Of a DNA stretch of 64,000 bases, positions 26,268 to 35,746 are shown piece by piece. Under the pieces are notes generated by a model. The model was not told where the DNA came from, searched no databases, and saw nothing but the letters and a program-made list of their open reading frames with translations. This DNA is from an uncultured Alphaproteobacteria bacterium (GTDB taxonomy: Bacteria; Pseudomonadota; Alphaproteobacteria; RF32; CAG-239), in the NCBI GenBank assembly GCA_910576955.1, contig CAJTJB010000003.1:121750-185749 (forward strand), given 5' to 3'. Within the stretch, counting starts at the first letter, position 1, and each line of letters opens with the position of its first letter. The position numbers were made by a program, and so were the translations under genes.

Positions 26268-29200
26268 CAGTGAATCTGTATCAATTCCGGCAGGTTATGG
26301 GCATAAATTTTCGGGTCATACATCGCAGACGCATATGCCGCAGGAAACATAAAACGCCCTTCTGCCGTTAGTTTGGCTGTATAGCTGATGGTCACCGTAT
26401 CATTTTCTGCCATATCAAAATAAGCCAGCATCCGGTCTTCGCGAGCCTCGCTATGTGAAAGATATCCTGTGCTGCTGATCGACCCGCGCACAATCTCGAA
26501 CCCGCCTGCGAGCAAATCAACCACAGCCACATTGCTGATATATTTCTTGCTCGTATTTTTAACCGTTATTTCCACCATAACCTCATTGCCGAGTTGCAAA
26601 TAATTCGGGGAATGCAAATATGTGCCATCTGTATTTTTCAGCGTTTTTGCAATCTGCAGCCCGTTTGCGACGGCTTTATCGGGGAGAGTGCGGAGAAAAC
26701 CCTCTTGCTCAATGGTATAGAAAAACGGTTTATCGGCAGAAAGTTTCAGTTCTTTAAGGTACGGAGCGGTTTCCGCTACGCTGTAAAGCCCGTTTTGGGT
26801 TGCGCGTGCCCCGTCAAAGCGGATAGCATTCGCCCCGTTTTCCTGTCCGGCCTCGCTTAATGCCAAAATAGCAAATGCCGAAAAGACAGTGTTAAAATTC
26901 TGTTGTTCCAACGGTTGCAGCAGCTTTTCAATATCTTCAACGCTGTTTTTAACATTCTGTCCGGCAAAAACTTTATTGGCGATATATAAATAGCGGGCAT
27001 TGTCAAGGTCAGAGGTACCGAATTGATAGAGTGCCATCAGCGGCAGAGCTTTTTTCGGGTTATGCAAAAGCTGGTAGCCGGCGGCAATATACGCACCGTT
27101 AAGGGTAGATTTCCACTTGTCGCCGAAATCGCGCTCCAGCACGTCTTCAAGGTTTAAGAGATAGTTTGTCGTCACCTCTCCGGCTTCGGTCAAAACATAA
27201 GCCGCATATGCCGCGAGCGTGTCGTTTTCGTCCGCCGGATTTTCCGCCGCCACGGTTTTGGCAAAACGGATTGCCCCGTCATACACGCCTTTGGGCACAT
27301 TAAAGCCGTATTTTTTGGCTGCGGTTAAAAATTCCAGCGCATAAACCGACACAAACTTGTCGCTTTGCAAATCAGGTCCGCCCCACATTGCAAAGCTGCC
27401 GTCTGCCTTTTGCCGGTCAATAAGCTTGGCAAGCACGTCATCGTATGTGTCATAAACAAATTTGCTGTCCACATACGCCGCCGCGTCTGCAGCCGGCAGT
27501 TTAAACAGCAACACCATCGCCGGAAAGATTTTGCTGACAGACTGCTCGGTGCACGAGTGCGGATATTTCCCGAGGTATTGCAGCAGTCCTTTGGTTAATA
27601 TCAGCGGGGAGGTCGAGGCATAAACCTTTTGCGACCGCTGATAAGGGTAAAACTCTTTGACAAAGTTTTTCAGCGTAATCTGCCGGTTGGCTTTTCCCGC
27701 GGTAACCTCGGTAGTAAACGGCACGGCGGGGCGAACAGCCAGCTCGTGAGACATAACGGCGCGTTTTTCGGGGTCGCTGACCGCCTCTGCCGTAAAGGTA
27801 ATTGTTTGCGCTCCGAGTGCGTCAGAACCCGCCGCAAAATTGAATGAAACAGAATCTTCTCCGTCTTCATCAATTTCAAGCACTGTGCTGCTGTCGCCCA
27901 AAAGATAAATCCCTTTCGTTGCCGAAACCGACAGGCGGACTTTATAGCCCTTGCCGCTTCCCTTAACCAGATTGCTGACCGCAGCGCCCACCTTGAAATC
28001 TTTATCATCAGGAGATACATAGAGCGGACCGGTCAGTGTCAGTGCAAAGTCGCCGCGCACAAACACGCTTTTTTCCGCCGCGCCCGATTTTTCGGCGTTC
28101 ATGCCTGCAGCCATAATTTTCATCTCGCCGTTAAATGTTTCCGGAACGGTATAGGTGAAAAACTTCTCTTCGGGTCCAGCTTTAAGCACGCCGCTCCAAA
28201 ATGCCGCGGGCTTGTTTTGTTTGCGGGCAAACGGGTTCAGCATTTTCAAAAGTTCCTTGTCTTCTTCAGCGTCTGCGCCGCCGCCCGGTGCCGCAAGCAG
28301 CAAAGCAAGTTTTGTATCCGGCAGCACCAAATCAAGAATTTGTTTGGTAACGACTTGCAGCGCCTTTTTCGGAATAAAAAACCGGATAGGGGAGGGGAGC
28401 TTATAGTCCGAAACCTGCAAAATTCCCGTATTCACGCCCCATAAAAAGATGTTTGCGTCTTCGGGCGTTTTATAGCCGATAGCCAGCTCTTCTCCGGGCT
28501 TGACACTTTCGGGAACGGAAAGCTCAATCGGCAGGTCAAACGCTTTCTTGTTAATGTCAAACGGCGCAATGCCATAGCTTAACGGCTTGTCAAAAATCTC
28601 TTCGGCGGTAATGTCGCGGGCAATCGCCGCATTCAGATAAGCATTGCCGACAATTCCTTCGGGCAGGTCGATTTCCTGCACGCTGGCTTTGCTGTCGGTT
28701 TTAAACCATTTGTAAGCATAAACTTTGTCTTGCTCAATGCTCAACAGCCCCAGCCCTTTAAAGGGCGCGCGGATTTGAACCCTGATCGTGTCGCCGGCGG
28801 CATATTCCTTTTTATCAAGTGTCAGGGAAAGGTTTTGCTGTTTGTCTTCTTTAAAGTTTTCATTAGCCGCACCGGCAACGCTGTATTTCAGGTTCAGGAT
28901 TTCTTTGCCGCTCTTATCTGAAATTTCGAGCACAAAATCGCCGGCTGTTGCCGTATCAAGTTCAACATCGCTTCCCTCGGACCCGATTTTGCAAAAATCG
29001 GTCTTGATAAGTTTGTTTTTATAGGTAGTTGCGTAATGGTAAGTCCCGTTTTCGGCAAGCTCAAGCACGCGGCTTTCCTGCTTGGCAAAAATATGAAGTA
29101 TTAAATCATCCGCAGCAATTTGTTTTAAATTGTTGTCAATCGCAATAACGTGAATTTTATGCGCGCTGTTTTGCGGCAGAAAAGAGAGGTCATTGTCTTC

Positions 29201-31780
29201 CGTATCGGTTTTATACCCGAGAAGATAGCTGTTTGGCGAGAAAAGCCCCGAAATAGTTTTTTCAACGCCTCTGCCTCCCTCAAGCTCCAATCCGGTCAAA
29301 ACGGCAACAATGCGATAAGTACCGCGGTAGTGGAGGTTAATGTCAAAACTTGTCGAGCCGTTTTCATTGGTTTCCTGCATAGAAAGGTCTTCTTTATACG
29401 ACCGGAGGTTAACCCCCTTTGATGCCGGATCATAAAACACATAGTCCTTATATTCATCAAACTGAAAACGGGCGGGAAACACCGTGTAATAGCCTTTAAT
29501 GCCATGTGCGGCAGCGGGCGTGCCGTAAAGGTTTGCCAAATCGGCTTTAATTGTGGCAACATCAGCAGTGTTCCATCCTTTGCCGCTGGCAGGGTCAAAC
29601 GCCAACTTGAGTTTCAGCGTGTCGGGCAGAAATTCCTCCGCATCAAAATCCACGCTGTCAACAAATTCTTCATAGTTTCCGGTGTTTTTGTAAAGCGAGA
29701 GCGTATATCTCCCCAAAGGCGCGGTTGCGGGCAGGGTGTAAGACATCGTATCAAGTCCGCTGGCAGCGGAAACAAAGCTCTTTTGACTCACAACTTTCCA
29801 ATCTGCCGTCCTGATTTTGGCAACCAACGGTATTCCCGCTGCCGGTTTCAGGTTTTCGAGCCGTGTCATAATGCCGAAATGCGCCGTTTCATTCGGGCGG
29901 TAAATGCCGCGGTCGGAAAATAAAAAGGCTTTCAGTTTATCTTGTTTGCTTTCGGTATATTCCCCGCCGACATCATAGCGCGAATAATCCAAAACCCGAT
30001 CGTTTTTCCACACCGGAATAAAGCTCATATCGCCGTTAAGGGAGATTTTATAAGCCACGGCGCGTTTGTCGTTTTTAAGCTCCTCAAACGAGGGCAGTTC
30101 CGCCATTCCCTGATTATTTGTTTCCGCAGATAACACCGGCTGCCCGTTCACGCCGAGCACCTCGACTTTTGCGCCTGCCGCCGGTTCGCCGTCGGAGATA
30201 TTCGCCACAAAAAGGGTATGGCTGCCGTCGGCATTGTCTTTAACAATCACTCCGAGATCTGTCGCCATAATCAGCCGCCTGTCTGCCGGCGTCACCGTGT
30301 TGTTGCCGTCTTTTCCCCGCAGCGTAATCAAAAATACGCCGGTTTTGCCCTTAAGGTAAGGGGTTAAATCCAGCGAGGAATAATTAAGCTTTCTCGGGTC
30401 TTGATTATTAATTGCCAGCTCTTTTTCATAAACAGTGGCAATATTGTCTTCATTAAAATAATAGTTTTGAAAATACGGAGAGGCAAAATTTCCGCCGGTC
30501 TGCGTCACAAGATGGTTCAGGTCTTCTTCAAATATTTTTGCAATTTTGACCTGCAGGGCAGAAACGCCGCGGGAAGAAAAAGACACGCTTTTTTGCGTTT
30601 GCAGCGGAATAATAGCGCCGTCAAAGCGAATAGCCGCCTCTTGCGGATAATTTTCCGAGCGGATGACCTGCTCTACCGAACCAAGCGAATATCCCTCTTT
30701 AGAGGTTACATCGCTGCTGACTATCACCCGCAGTGCAGCGTCCCTTTTGGGCAGGTGATAGCTGAAAAAGCGGCTGTTTACGCCCTCGGGAGCGGGCAGC
30801 TGTTCAGTTTCAAGCTTCACCCAGCGGGCATCTTTAGAGAAGTTTCCGCCCCATACGTTATTGCAGTTTTCTTGGCAAGAGGCAAGGGAAACCCGTCCCT
30901 CCAAGCTTTCATTGTCAACCGCGGAAGAAAAATCTATCCGGATTACTTGCGAGGGTTCGTTGTCGTCGTTGCGGACAATGCTGCTTGTGATATTGTTGAC
31001 TTTAAAATAAGTGCTGACAGAGGGAATGGTCACTTTGGCTTCAGCGTCTTTTCGGACATCGGCATTGGCAATCGGCGTGTTGTCATAGATATTTCTGACA
31101 CCACTGACAGTAACCGTCGCAAAATCGTCAACCTTGCCCAGTTGCACCGGATCAGAGATAATATGCAGCATCCGCCCGTTATCTTTAAGCGTATATGTAA
31201 AATCGTAGCTGTTGCCGCCGGCGGTTGTAATCTTCACGCCTTTTTTTATACTGTCTTCCCTGATAGGATAGGAAAACTCAAACGATGCCGTAACGGATTT
31301 TTTGCGAATATCCAGCGGGTTTTCATAAAAATCTTGCGCCCTGCGGTGTGCCAAAAATTTGGGGACGCGAAAATCAAATGTCCGTTCTTTCAGTTTTATC
31401 CCCGCGGCAAAAATCTCTTCGGGCAGCGTTACCTTATATTTTTGTCCCGGAATCCAGTGTTTCTGTATGCGGAAAGTCAAAAGGTCACCGGCAGAAAAAT
31501 GCCAAATTCCGTCGGCATGGGGCTTAATGTCTATACCGCTCAAAGAAAGGCGCTGCAAAGCCTCGGGCGCCGCCACGTTAGTATCAAAAAAGACATCCAG
31601 ATAATTTCCGAGCGGCTTGCCGCCATAAGCTCTGGGCGGAGAAACCATGCTGATTTGGGCTTCCGTTATTTTGGTCGCCTGAAACAGCCAGTTGCTGAAA
31701 TAGGTTTTATAAGCCCATATTCCGCCGCCGATAATAACGGCTGCCGCGGCAATCACTGCCGCCAGAGTTGATTTTTTCAT
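26267..31780 (-). CDS. yfhM: Bacterial alpha-2-macroglobulin (thioester-containing, YfhM-like)
   Basis: 1837 aa. Thioester motif CTEQ within KYPHSCTEQSVSK (nt 27542-27553). N-terminal TM anchor MKKSTLAAVIAAAAVIIGGGIW. Start/stop overlap with pbpC at 26267. Confidence 0.9.
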   Translation of the reverse strand: MKKSTLAAVIAAAAVIIGGGIWAYKTYFSNWLFQATKITEAQISMVSPPRAYGGKPLGNYLDVFFDTNVAAPEALQRLSLSGIDIKPHADGIWHFSAGDLLTFRIQKHWIPGQKYKVTLPEEIFAAGIKLKERTFDFRVPKFLAHRRAQDFYENPLDIRKKSVTASFEFSYPIREDSIKKGVKITTAGGNSYDFTYTLKDNGRMLHIISDPVQLGKVDDFATVTVSGVRNIYDNTPIANADVRKDAEAKVTIPSVSTYFKVNNITSSIVRNDDNEPSQVIRIDFSSAVDNESLEGRVSLASCQENCNNVWGGNFSKDARWVKLETEQLPAPEGVNSRFFSYHLPKRDAALRVIVSSDVTSKEGYSLGSVEQVIRSENYPQEAAIRFDGAIIPLQTQKSVSFSSRGVSALQVKIAKIFEEDLNHLVTQTGGNFASPYFQNYYFNEDNIATVYEKELAINNQDPRKLNYSSLDLTPYLKGKTGVFLITLRGKDGNNTVTPADRRLIMATDLGVIVKDNADGSHTLFVANISDGEPAAGAKVEVLGVNGQPVLSAETNNQGMAELPSFEELKNDKRAVAYKISLNGDMSFIPVWKNDRVLDYSRYDVGGEYTESKQDKLKAFLFSDRGIYRPNETAHFGIMTRLENLKPAAGIPLVAKIRTADWKVVSQKSFVSAASGLDTMSYTLPATAPLGRYTLSLYKNTGNYEEFVDSVDFDAEEFLPDTLKLKLAFDPASGKGWNTADVATIKADLANLYGTPAAAHGIKGYYTVFPARFQFDEYKDYVFYDPASKGVNLRSYKEDLSMQETNENGSTSFDINLHYRGTYRIVAVLTGLELEGGRGVEKTISGLFSPNSYLLGYKTDTEDNDLSFLPQNSAHKIHVIAIDNNLKQIAADDLILHIFAKQESRVLELAENGTYHYATTYKNKLIKTDFCKIGSEGSDVELDTATAGDFVLEISDKSGKEILNLKYSVAGAANENFKEDKQQNLSLTLDKKEYAAGDTIRVQIRAPFKGLGLLSIEQDKVYAYKWFKTDSKASVQEIDLPEGIVGNAYLNAAIARDITAEEIFDKPLSYGIAPFDINKKAFDLPIELSVPESVKPGEELAIGYKTPEDANIFLWGVNTGILQVSDYKLPSPIRFFIPKKALQVVTKQILDLVLPDTKLALLLAAPGGGADAEEDKELLKMLNPFARKQNKPAAFWSGVLKAGPEEKFFTYTVPETFNGEMKIMAAGMNAEKSGAAEKSVFVRGDFALTLTGPLYVSPDDKDFKVGAAVSNLVKGSGKGYKVRLSVSATKGIYLLGDSSTVLEIDEDGEDSVSFNFAAGSDALGAQTITFTAEAVSDPEKRAVMSHELAVRPAVPFTTEVTAGKANRQITLKNFVKEFYPYQRSQKVYASTSPLILTKGLLQYLGKYPHSCTEQSVSKIFPAMVLLFKLPAADAAAYVDSKFVYDTYDDVLAKLIDRQKADGSFAMWGGPDLQSDKFVSVYALEFLTAAKKYGFNVPKGVYDGAIRFAKTVAAENPADENDTLAAYAAYVLTEAGEVTTNYLLNLEDVLERDFGDKWKSTLNGAYIAAGYQLLHNPKKALPLMALYQFGTSDLDNARYLYIANKVFAGQNVKNSVEDIEKLLQPLEQQNFNTVFSAFAILALSEAGQENGANAIRFDGARATQNGLYSVAETAPYLKELKLSADKPFFYTIEQEGFLRTLPDKAVANGLQIAKTLKNTDGTYLHSPNYLQLGNEVMVEITVKNTSKKYISNVAVVDLLAGGFEIVRGSISSTGYLSHSEAREDRMLAYFDMAENDTVTISYTAKLTAEGRFMFPAAYASAMYDPKIYAHNLPELIQIH

Positions 31781-31967
31781 TTATGCCCCCATATCCGCAA
31801 AATTAAGATTCTTTTAAACAGAGTGCATTTTTTTGCTCTAACAGTCAATTTTATATCCATACTGTAAACAATTTTTTATTGCAAAACTTTTGAGATAGCA
31901 GTTGACAAAGCATAAAAAATCAGGCACTATATCAACATTGTTTAATTCCTTAAAAAAGGAGGGGAAT

Positions 31968-32672
31968 ATGGCAGAAGTCAAGGTATGTTTGGTAACGGGC
32001 GCGGCAAGCTTAATCGGGCAGCATATCGTTGCCGAGCTGGTGGCTGCCAAACACAAGGTTATCGCGCTGGGCGACCCGAATGATACCTTTATGCCGGATG
32101 TCTTAACCAAACGGCGGATAAAAATCAACACCGCCCTGCCGGTCACGGCTGCCTCTTTTAAGAAACACGATGTCCAGTTTTGTTTCGGAGATGTCGGTGA
32201 TATTTCGTTTCTCGCCTCGGTTTTTTCGGGCGCGGTGCAAAATGAAATCAAGCTCGAATATGTGTTTCACCTTGCCGCGAATAAAGCGATTCAAAAGAGC
32301 GCGCCAGCCGCATATCACCCCGAGTTTATCGCCACGGCAAACGTTTTGGAAGTCGTGCGCGCCTATTGGCAGGAGCATAAAGAAACGTTTAAGGGCTTTT
32401 TCTACGCTGCGGAAAACAATGCCAAATCCGACAAAGTCGAGGCTATGTTGAAGAAGCTGCACGAAAAAGACGGCTTTCCGGCAGAGGTTTTCAAAGACGA
32501 GAATGTTCCGGTGGGGGCAGGGTATAAGGGGCGCACGTCGCTTGCCTCGCTTTACCGCGTTTTAACACCGTTTGCCGTTTCAAACAAATGGGAAAGCGCC
32601 GACACGGAAGATTGCTATATCAGCCGCATCACCCGCGCCGTCACCCGCTTGATAGAAACATCTGAAAACTAG
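31968..32672 (+). CDS. NAD(P)-binding Rossmann-fold protein (atypical short SDR/epimerase-like)
   Basis: CLVTGAASLIGQHIV glycine-rich motif. GGAGGGG RBS before ATG 31968. No clear YxxxK seen. Confidence 0.6.
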   Translation: MAEVKVCLVTGAASLIGQHIVAELVAAKHKVIALGDPNDTFMPDVLTKRRIKINTALPVTAASFKKHDVQFCFGDVGDISFLASVFSGAVQNEIKLEYVFHLAANKAIQKSAPAAYHPEFIATANVLEVVRAYWQEHKETFKGFFYAAENNAKSDKVEAMLKKLHEKDGFPAEVFKDENVPVGAGYKGRTSLASLYRVLTPFAVSNKWESADTEDCYISRITRAVTRLIETSEN

Positions 32673-32724
32673 CTTCATATTTTTAGCACTATCTCTCATT
32701 TATCTCCGCCTCTCTCTCTTTAAG

Positions 32725-32921
32725 CCTCCTCCCCCTTTGGCGGGGCTCGCAGGATAAAACAATACAGTGTATTGTTTTTGCCGAGAGCTATAGCAGCTGT
32801 TAGTTTGCGAACGCCGGAAACGTCGTGTTAGCAAACGTTACAGCTGGCTTGACCGTAGCGCAGTTGGCAAGCCGCAGGCGAGCCCTACGAAGCAAGTGAG
32901 GTAAGGGAGAGGGTGATACAA
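32725..32921 (+). repeat. Family B hairpin split by a ~151-bp structured insertion (family D, copy 2; insertion ~32746-32896)
   Basis: cctcctccccctttggcgggg | ctcgcaggataaaacaatacagtgtattgtttttgccgagagc...gcttgaccgtagcgcagttgg...ctacgaagcaag | tgaggtaagggagaggg. Confidence 0.8.
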
Positions 32922-33034
32922 TTAAGCTATTTAAACCACCGCTTGACTCCAAAAATATCTTGACAAAAATTTCCGTCCATAATATACTGATAGCCTAAAA
33001 TCAATATTTATGTCTCACTAAAAATCATATCATT

Positions 33035-33553
33035 ATGGCACACAAAAAAAGTCCGTCACGTTCTTATATGGAGATATGTGACGAAATAAGGGCACGCCTT
33101 GCCGAGCAGGAAAAAATGCCCAAAAAGGAGATTATGGCTTATGCGCATAAAATCCGCCCGCTTGTCCGCGGCACCGAAAAAGACGCTCTGCTTGCCCCGT
33201 ATAATCAAACGAAACCGTTGTACTGGGCAAAACCGGCAAGAATCAGCACCCAAAGTTTTACATTCAGGGCAGACAGCGCCTTGATGCGAGCCGAGGGGCT
33301 GACGGAAATCGGCAGAATTACAACGTATCACCGTTACGGCGGTTTTTATGGCTGCCTGCGCCCGAGTGTCGACGAAGCGATAGTTCAGTGTCCGAAAGAG
33401 TGGCTGGATAAAGTCTGTGCGTTTGAAATTCAAACAGATTCGTTGAACTTCAACGAAGTATACAGCCCCGCACTCGACCGCCACGTCTTGCGCACCATCT
33501 ACTACACCGGCACACTGCCCGAGGAAATCGCCAATCTCCCCGTGAAGTGGTAA
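33035..33553 (+). CDS. Hypothetical protein
   Basis: 172-aa ORF with no recognisable motif. Confidence 0.5.
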   Translation: MAHKKSPSRSYMEICDEIRARLAEQEKMPKKEIMAYAHKIRPLVRGTEKDALLAPYNQTKPLYWAKPARISTQSFTFRADSALMRAEGLTEIGRITTYHRYGGFYGCLRPSVDEAIVQCPKEWLDKVCAFEIQTDSLNFNEVYSPALDRHVLRTIYYTGTLPEEIANLPVKW

Positions 33554-33604
33554 GGTAAGTTAACATCTGCTATTTTCTCCCACCAAAAAACTAGCTCCCC
33601 AATA

Positions 33605-33651
33605 CTCCTCCCCCCTTGGCGGGGGAGGTAAGGGAGAGGGGGACAACAAAC
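33605..33651. repeat. Family B repeat, uninterrupted reference form
   Basis: ctcctccccccttggcgggggaggtaagggagagggggacaacaaac. Confidence 0.9.
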
Positions 33652-33675
33652 ATCCATCTATATATACTCTTCAAA

Positions 33676-33708
33676 GATTGCCGCGCTCATTTCATTCGCT
33701 CGCAATAA
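33676..33708 (-). repeat. Family A repeat (reverse orientation)
   Basis: gattgccgcgctcatttcattcgctcgcaataa. Confidence 0.8.
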
Positions 33709-33753
33709 CTATTGAATGCTACATAGACCAAATCATTGCCTGCGCGGCTCACA

Positions 33754-34818
33754 CTACAAATAATTCCCCGCGCGCTTGAAAGCCATAACCGCAGACATTT
33801 CCATCTCCGCTTTTTGTGCGCGAATAAGCTTGGCAATGTTTGCAACGGCGGTTTTAGCCATATCCACCTCGCTGCGGCAGGGCGCATAAATCCCGTTTTC
33901 GTAGCGATATTTCATATTTTGATGGATTTTATGAATTTGCATATTCAAAAGCATAATTTCTTCTTTTTTGAGCGGACGGTTTTCTTCCGCGGCAATCACC
34001 TCGCGCACGTTGTCAAGGTGTGGGCGCCGCGTGTCATATAGCAATTCGTTCGCGCGGTTAACGACCAACAAATCAACCGTATCGGCATTTGCTTTTTGAT
34101 AATTGCTGATTTTTTCAACCACTTGCGGCAGCGAATTAACCTCGCTGTTGAAAAAGAGCCGCGGGTAAACCTCGTTTTGTTGAAAGATAATCTGGTCATA
34201 AAGCGTTGCACAGCGGTAAACATTGCTCAAATAGGCAATATCCGGATTAACCGACATATATACCGCACAAGGCTTATAGCCGTATTCCATGGCTTTTTTC
34301 GCATTGTCGGCAAATTCCACGCCGGCTCCCATCACCCCCACGGAAAGAATCGAGCGCTTGCCGGATTGCAACGACAAATCCAACACCTGCCGCACCGTTT
34401 TTGTCGCAATGCCGGAAAATCGGTCGCATTCGCTGATATGCCCGCCTTTAAGGTGGTTAAACAGGTTCGGGAAAAGGTCGCGGTATTCGTCTTTGTCAAT
34501 AATGCGGAAAGGCAGGCAGTCCTCGTCTTGGGCAAAGCGGCGGATTAATTTTTGCGTCATTACTGACTTTCCCGCTCCCGGATATCCCATATAAACCACA
34601 AAGCGTTTCGATTTGGCTTCCTTGCCTTGCCAATCATTTTCCCAAAAGCTGGCAACCGTTTTTTCATAGTTGGCTTGTGCGCCGTCCTCTTCTTTTTGCA
34701 AAATAGCCCGAACCTCTTCTTCCGTAAAAGGCGTATGTTCGCCGCACTTCATTGAGTCCAGATAAGTATATAAGCCGTCAATTTGTTGTAATAAATCTCT
34801 TTTTGTTTCGTTTTTCAT
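33754..34818 (-). CDS. Zeta-toxin-like P-loop kinase domain protein
   Basis: 354 aa. Walker A GYPGAGKSV followed by RIIDKDEYRDLFPNLF, the zeta/PezT-type D-x-D-x-x-R..P signature. The start overlaps the upstream stop (TAATG). Confidence 0.7.
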   Translation of the reverse strand: MKNETKRDLLQQIDGLYTYLDSMKCGEHTPFTEEEVRAILQKEEDGAQANYEKTVASFWENDWQGKEAKSKRFVVYMGYPGAGKSVMTQKLIRRFAQDEDCLPFRIIDKDEYRDLFPNLFNHLKGGHISECDRFSGIATKTVRQVLDLSLQSGKRSILSVGVMGAGVEFADNAKKAMEYGYKPCAVYMSVNPDIAYLSNVYRCATLYDQIIFQQNEVYPRLFFNSEVNSLPQVVEKISNYQKANADTVDLLVVNRANELLYDTRRPHLDNVREVIAAEENRPLKKEEIMLLNMQIHKIHQNMKYRYENGIYAPCRSEVDMAKTAVANIAKLIRAQKAEMEMSAVMAFKRAGNYL

Positions 34819-35276
34819 TATTTATAATCCAATTCTTTCAGTTTGCGGATGGTTTCTTCCGCCGAGGTGTGCAAAATGCCGATACCGCCCATTTCTTCCC
34901 AGCGTTCGATATTGGGCGCGCGGTCATCAATCAGGATATCTTTCGGTTTGCCGAAGTTTTGCTTGTCTTTGGAGAGGCAGCAGATAACGCCGTCTTCTTT
35001 GCCGTAGTATTTTTTCATCCACAAGCGTTTTTCTTTTTCCGCCTTGTCATAGCCGTAGGCAGGCAGTCCGGTCAAAATCTGAAAGCCGTGTTTATTCAGG
35101 TGTTGCACCAGCTTGTCCGCATCTTTAAGTTTCGGCAGGTTCAGCCAATAGTTTTCGGTATCCAGCACAATCTGCCACAGTTTCTCGCGTGGCATCTGAT
35201 AGGGCAAGACTCCGTGATTACGTTCAAATTCTTTATCAAAATCGACGAGTACGCCGTCCATATCGCAAAATATCAT
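34818..35276 (-). CDS. HAD-superfamily 5'(3')-deoxyribonucleotidase-like (NT5C-type) phosphatase
   Basis: MIFCDMDGVLVDF (DxDGV motif I), ILTG (motif II), ILIDDR (motif IV). Confidence 0.75.
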   Translation of the reverse strand: MIFCDMDGVLVDFDKEFERNHGVLPYQMPREKLWQIVLDTENYWLNLPKLKDADKLVQHLNKHGFQILTGLPAYGYDKAEKEKRLWMKKYYGKEDGVICCLSKDKQNFGKPKDILIDDRAPNIERWEEMGGIGILHTSAEETIRKLKELDYK

Positions 35277-35374
35277 AAAACCTCCATAATTTCAATACAC
35301 CGCCATCATAGAGGAAAAAAAACGCTTTTAAATGAAAATATTATTACATAATGTTACAGCTTTTCGCCTTTCCA

Positions 35375-35411
35375 GTCATTGCGAGGCTTGTTTACAAGCC
35401 GTGGCAATCTC
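35375..35411 (+). repeat. Family A repeat
   Basis: gtcattgcgaggcttgtttacaagccgtggcaatctc, with internal hairpin cttgt-tta-caag. Confidence 0.9.
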
Positions 35412-35441
35412 CCGCAACAAGAGCAATCTCAACTCAAGCGT

Positions 35442-35640
35442 CCCCCTCCCTTGGGGGGCTCGCAGGATAAAACAACACGGTGTGTTGTTTTTGCCGAGAG
35501 CAATAGCAGTGCTTGGCGAGTGACTTGGCAGTGATGCCAATAAAGCGAACCCTAGCACTGGCTTGACCGAAGCGCAGTTAGGGCGCGCAATAAGCGCACC
35601 CTTACGAAGCAAGTGGGGATAGGGGGTGGGGACAACATCC
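35442..35640 (+). repeat. Family B hairpin split by a ~155-bp structured insertion (family D, copy 3; insertion ~35459-35613)
   Basis: ccccctcccttgggggg | ctcgcaggataaaacaacacggtgtgttgtttttgccgagagc...gcttgaccgaagcgcagttagggcgcgc...cttacgaagcaag | tggggataggggg. Confidence 0.8.
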
Positions 35641-35745
35641 AACCTTAAAACTTCCCCCTCCTCGGCGGAAGGGAGGGGATGGGGACAACATCCAACCTTA
35701 AAACTTCCCCTTCCCTGGCGGAAGGGGGTAGGGGATGGGGACAAC
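35637..35745. repeat. Two tandem ~53-56-bp family B-like units ending 1 nt before a stop codon
   Basis: atccaaccttaaaacttcccc..ggcggaaggg..ggggatggggacaac occurs twice (35637-35689 and 35690-35745). Confidence 0.9.
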
Positions 35746-35746
35746 C

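Noticed and set aside
30401-31771. 456-aa plus-strand ORF, with other 60-140-aa plus-strand ORFs, opposite the alpha-2-macroglobulin gene
   Set aside because: These are antisense shadow ORFs inside a 1837-aa gene with clear A2M motifs. The product is Arg/Phe/Ile-rich with no motifs and no RBS.
31902-31967. Upstream extension of the Rossmann-fold gene; similar long N-terminal extensions in the ORF track (10707, 16954, 17831, 17869, 22387, 40764, 45276, 57615, 58985)
   Set aside because: The internal ATGs are preceded by good Shine-Dalgarno sequences and give canonical N-termini or signal peptides. The extensions run into promoters, repeats or leaders.
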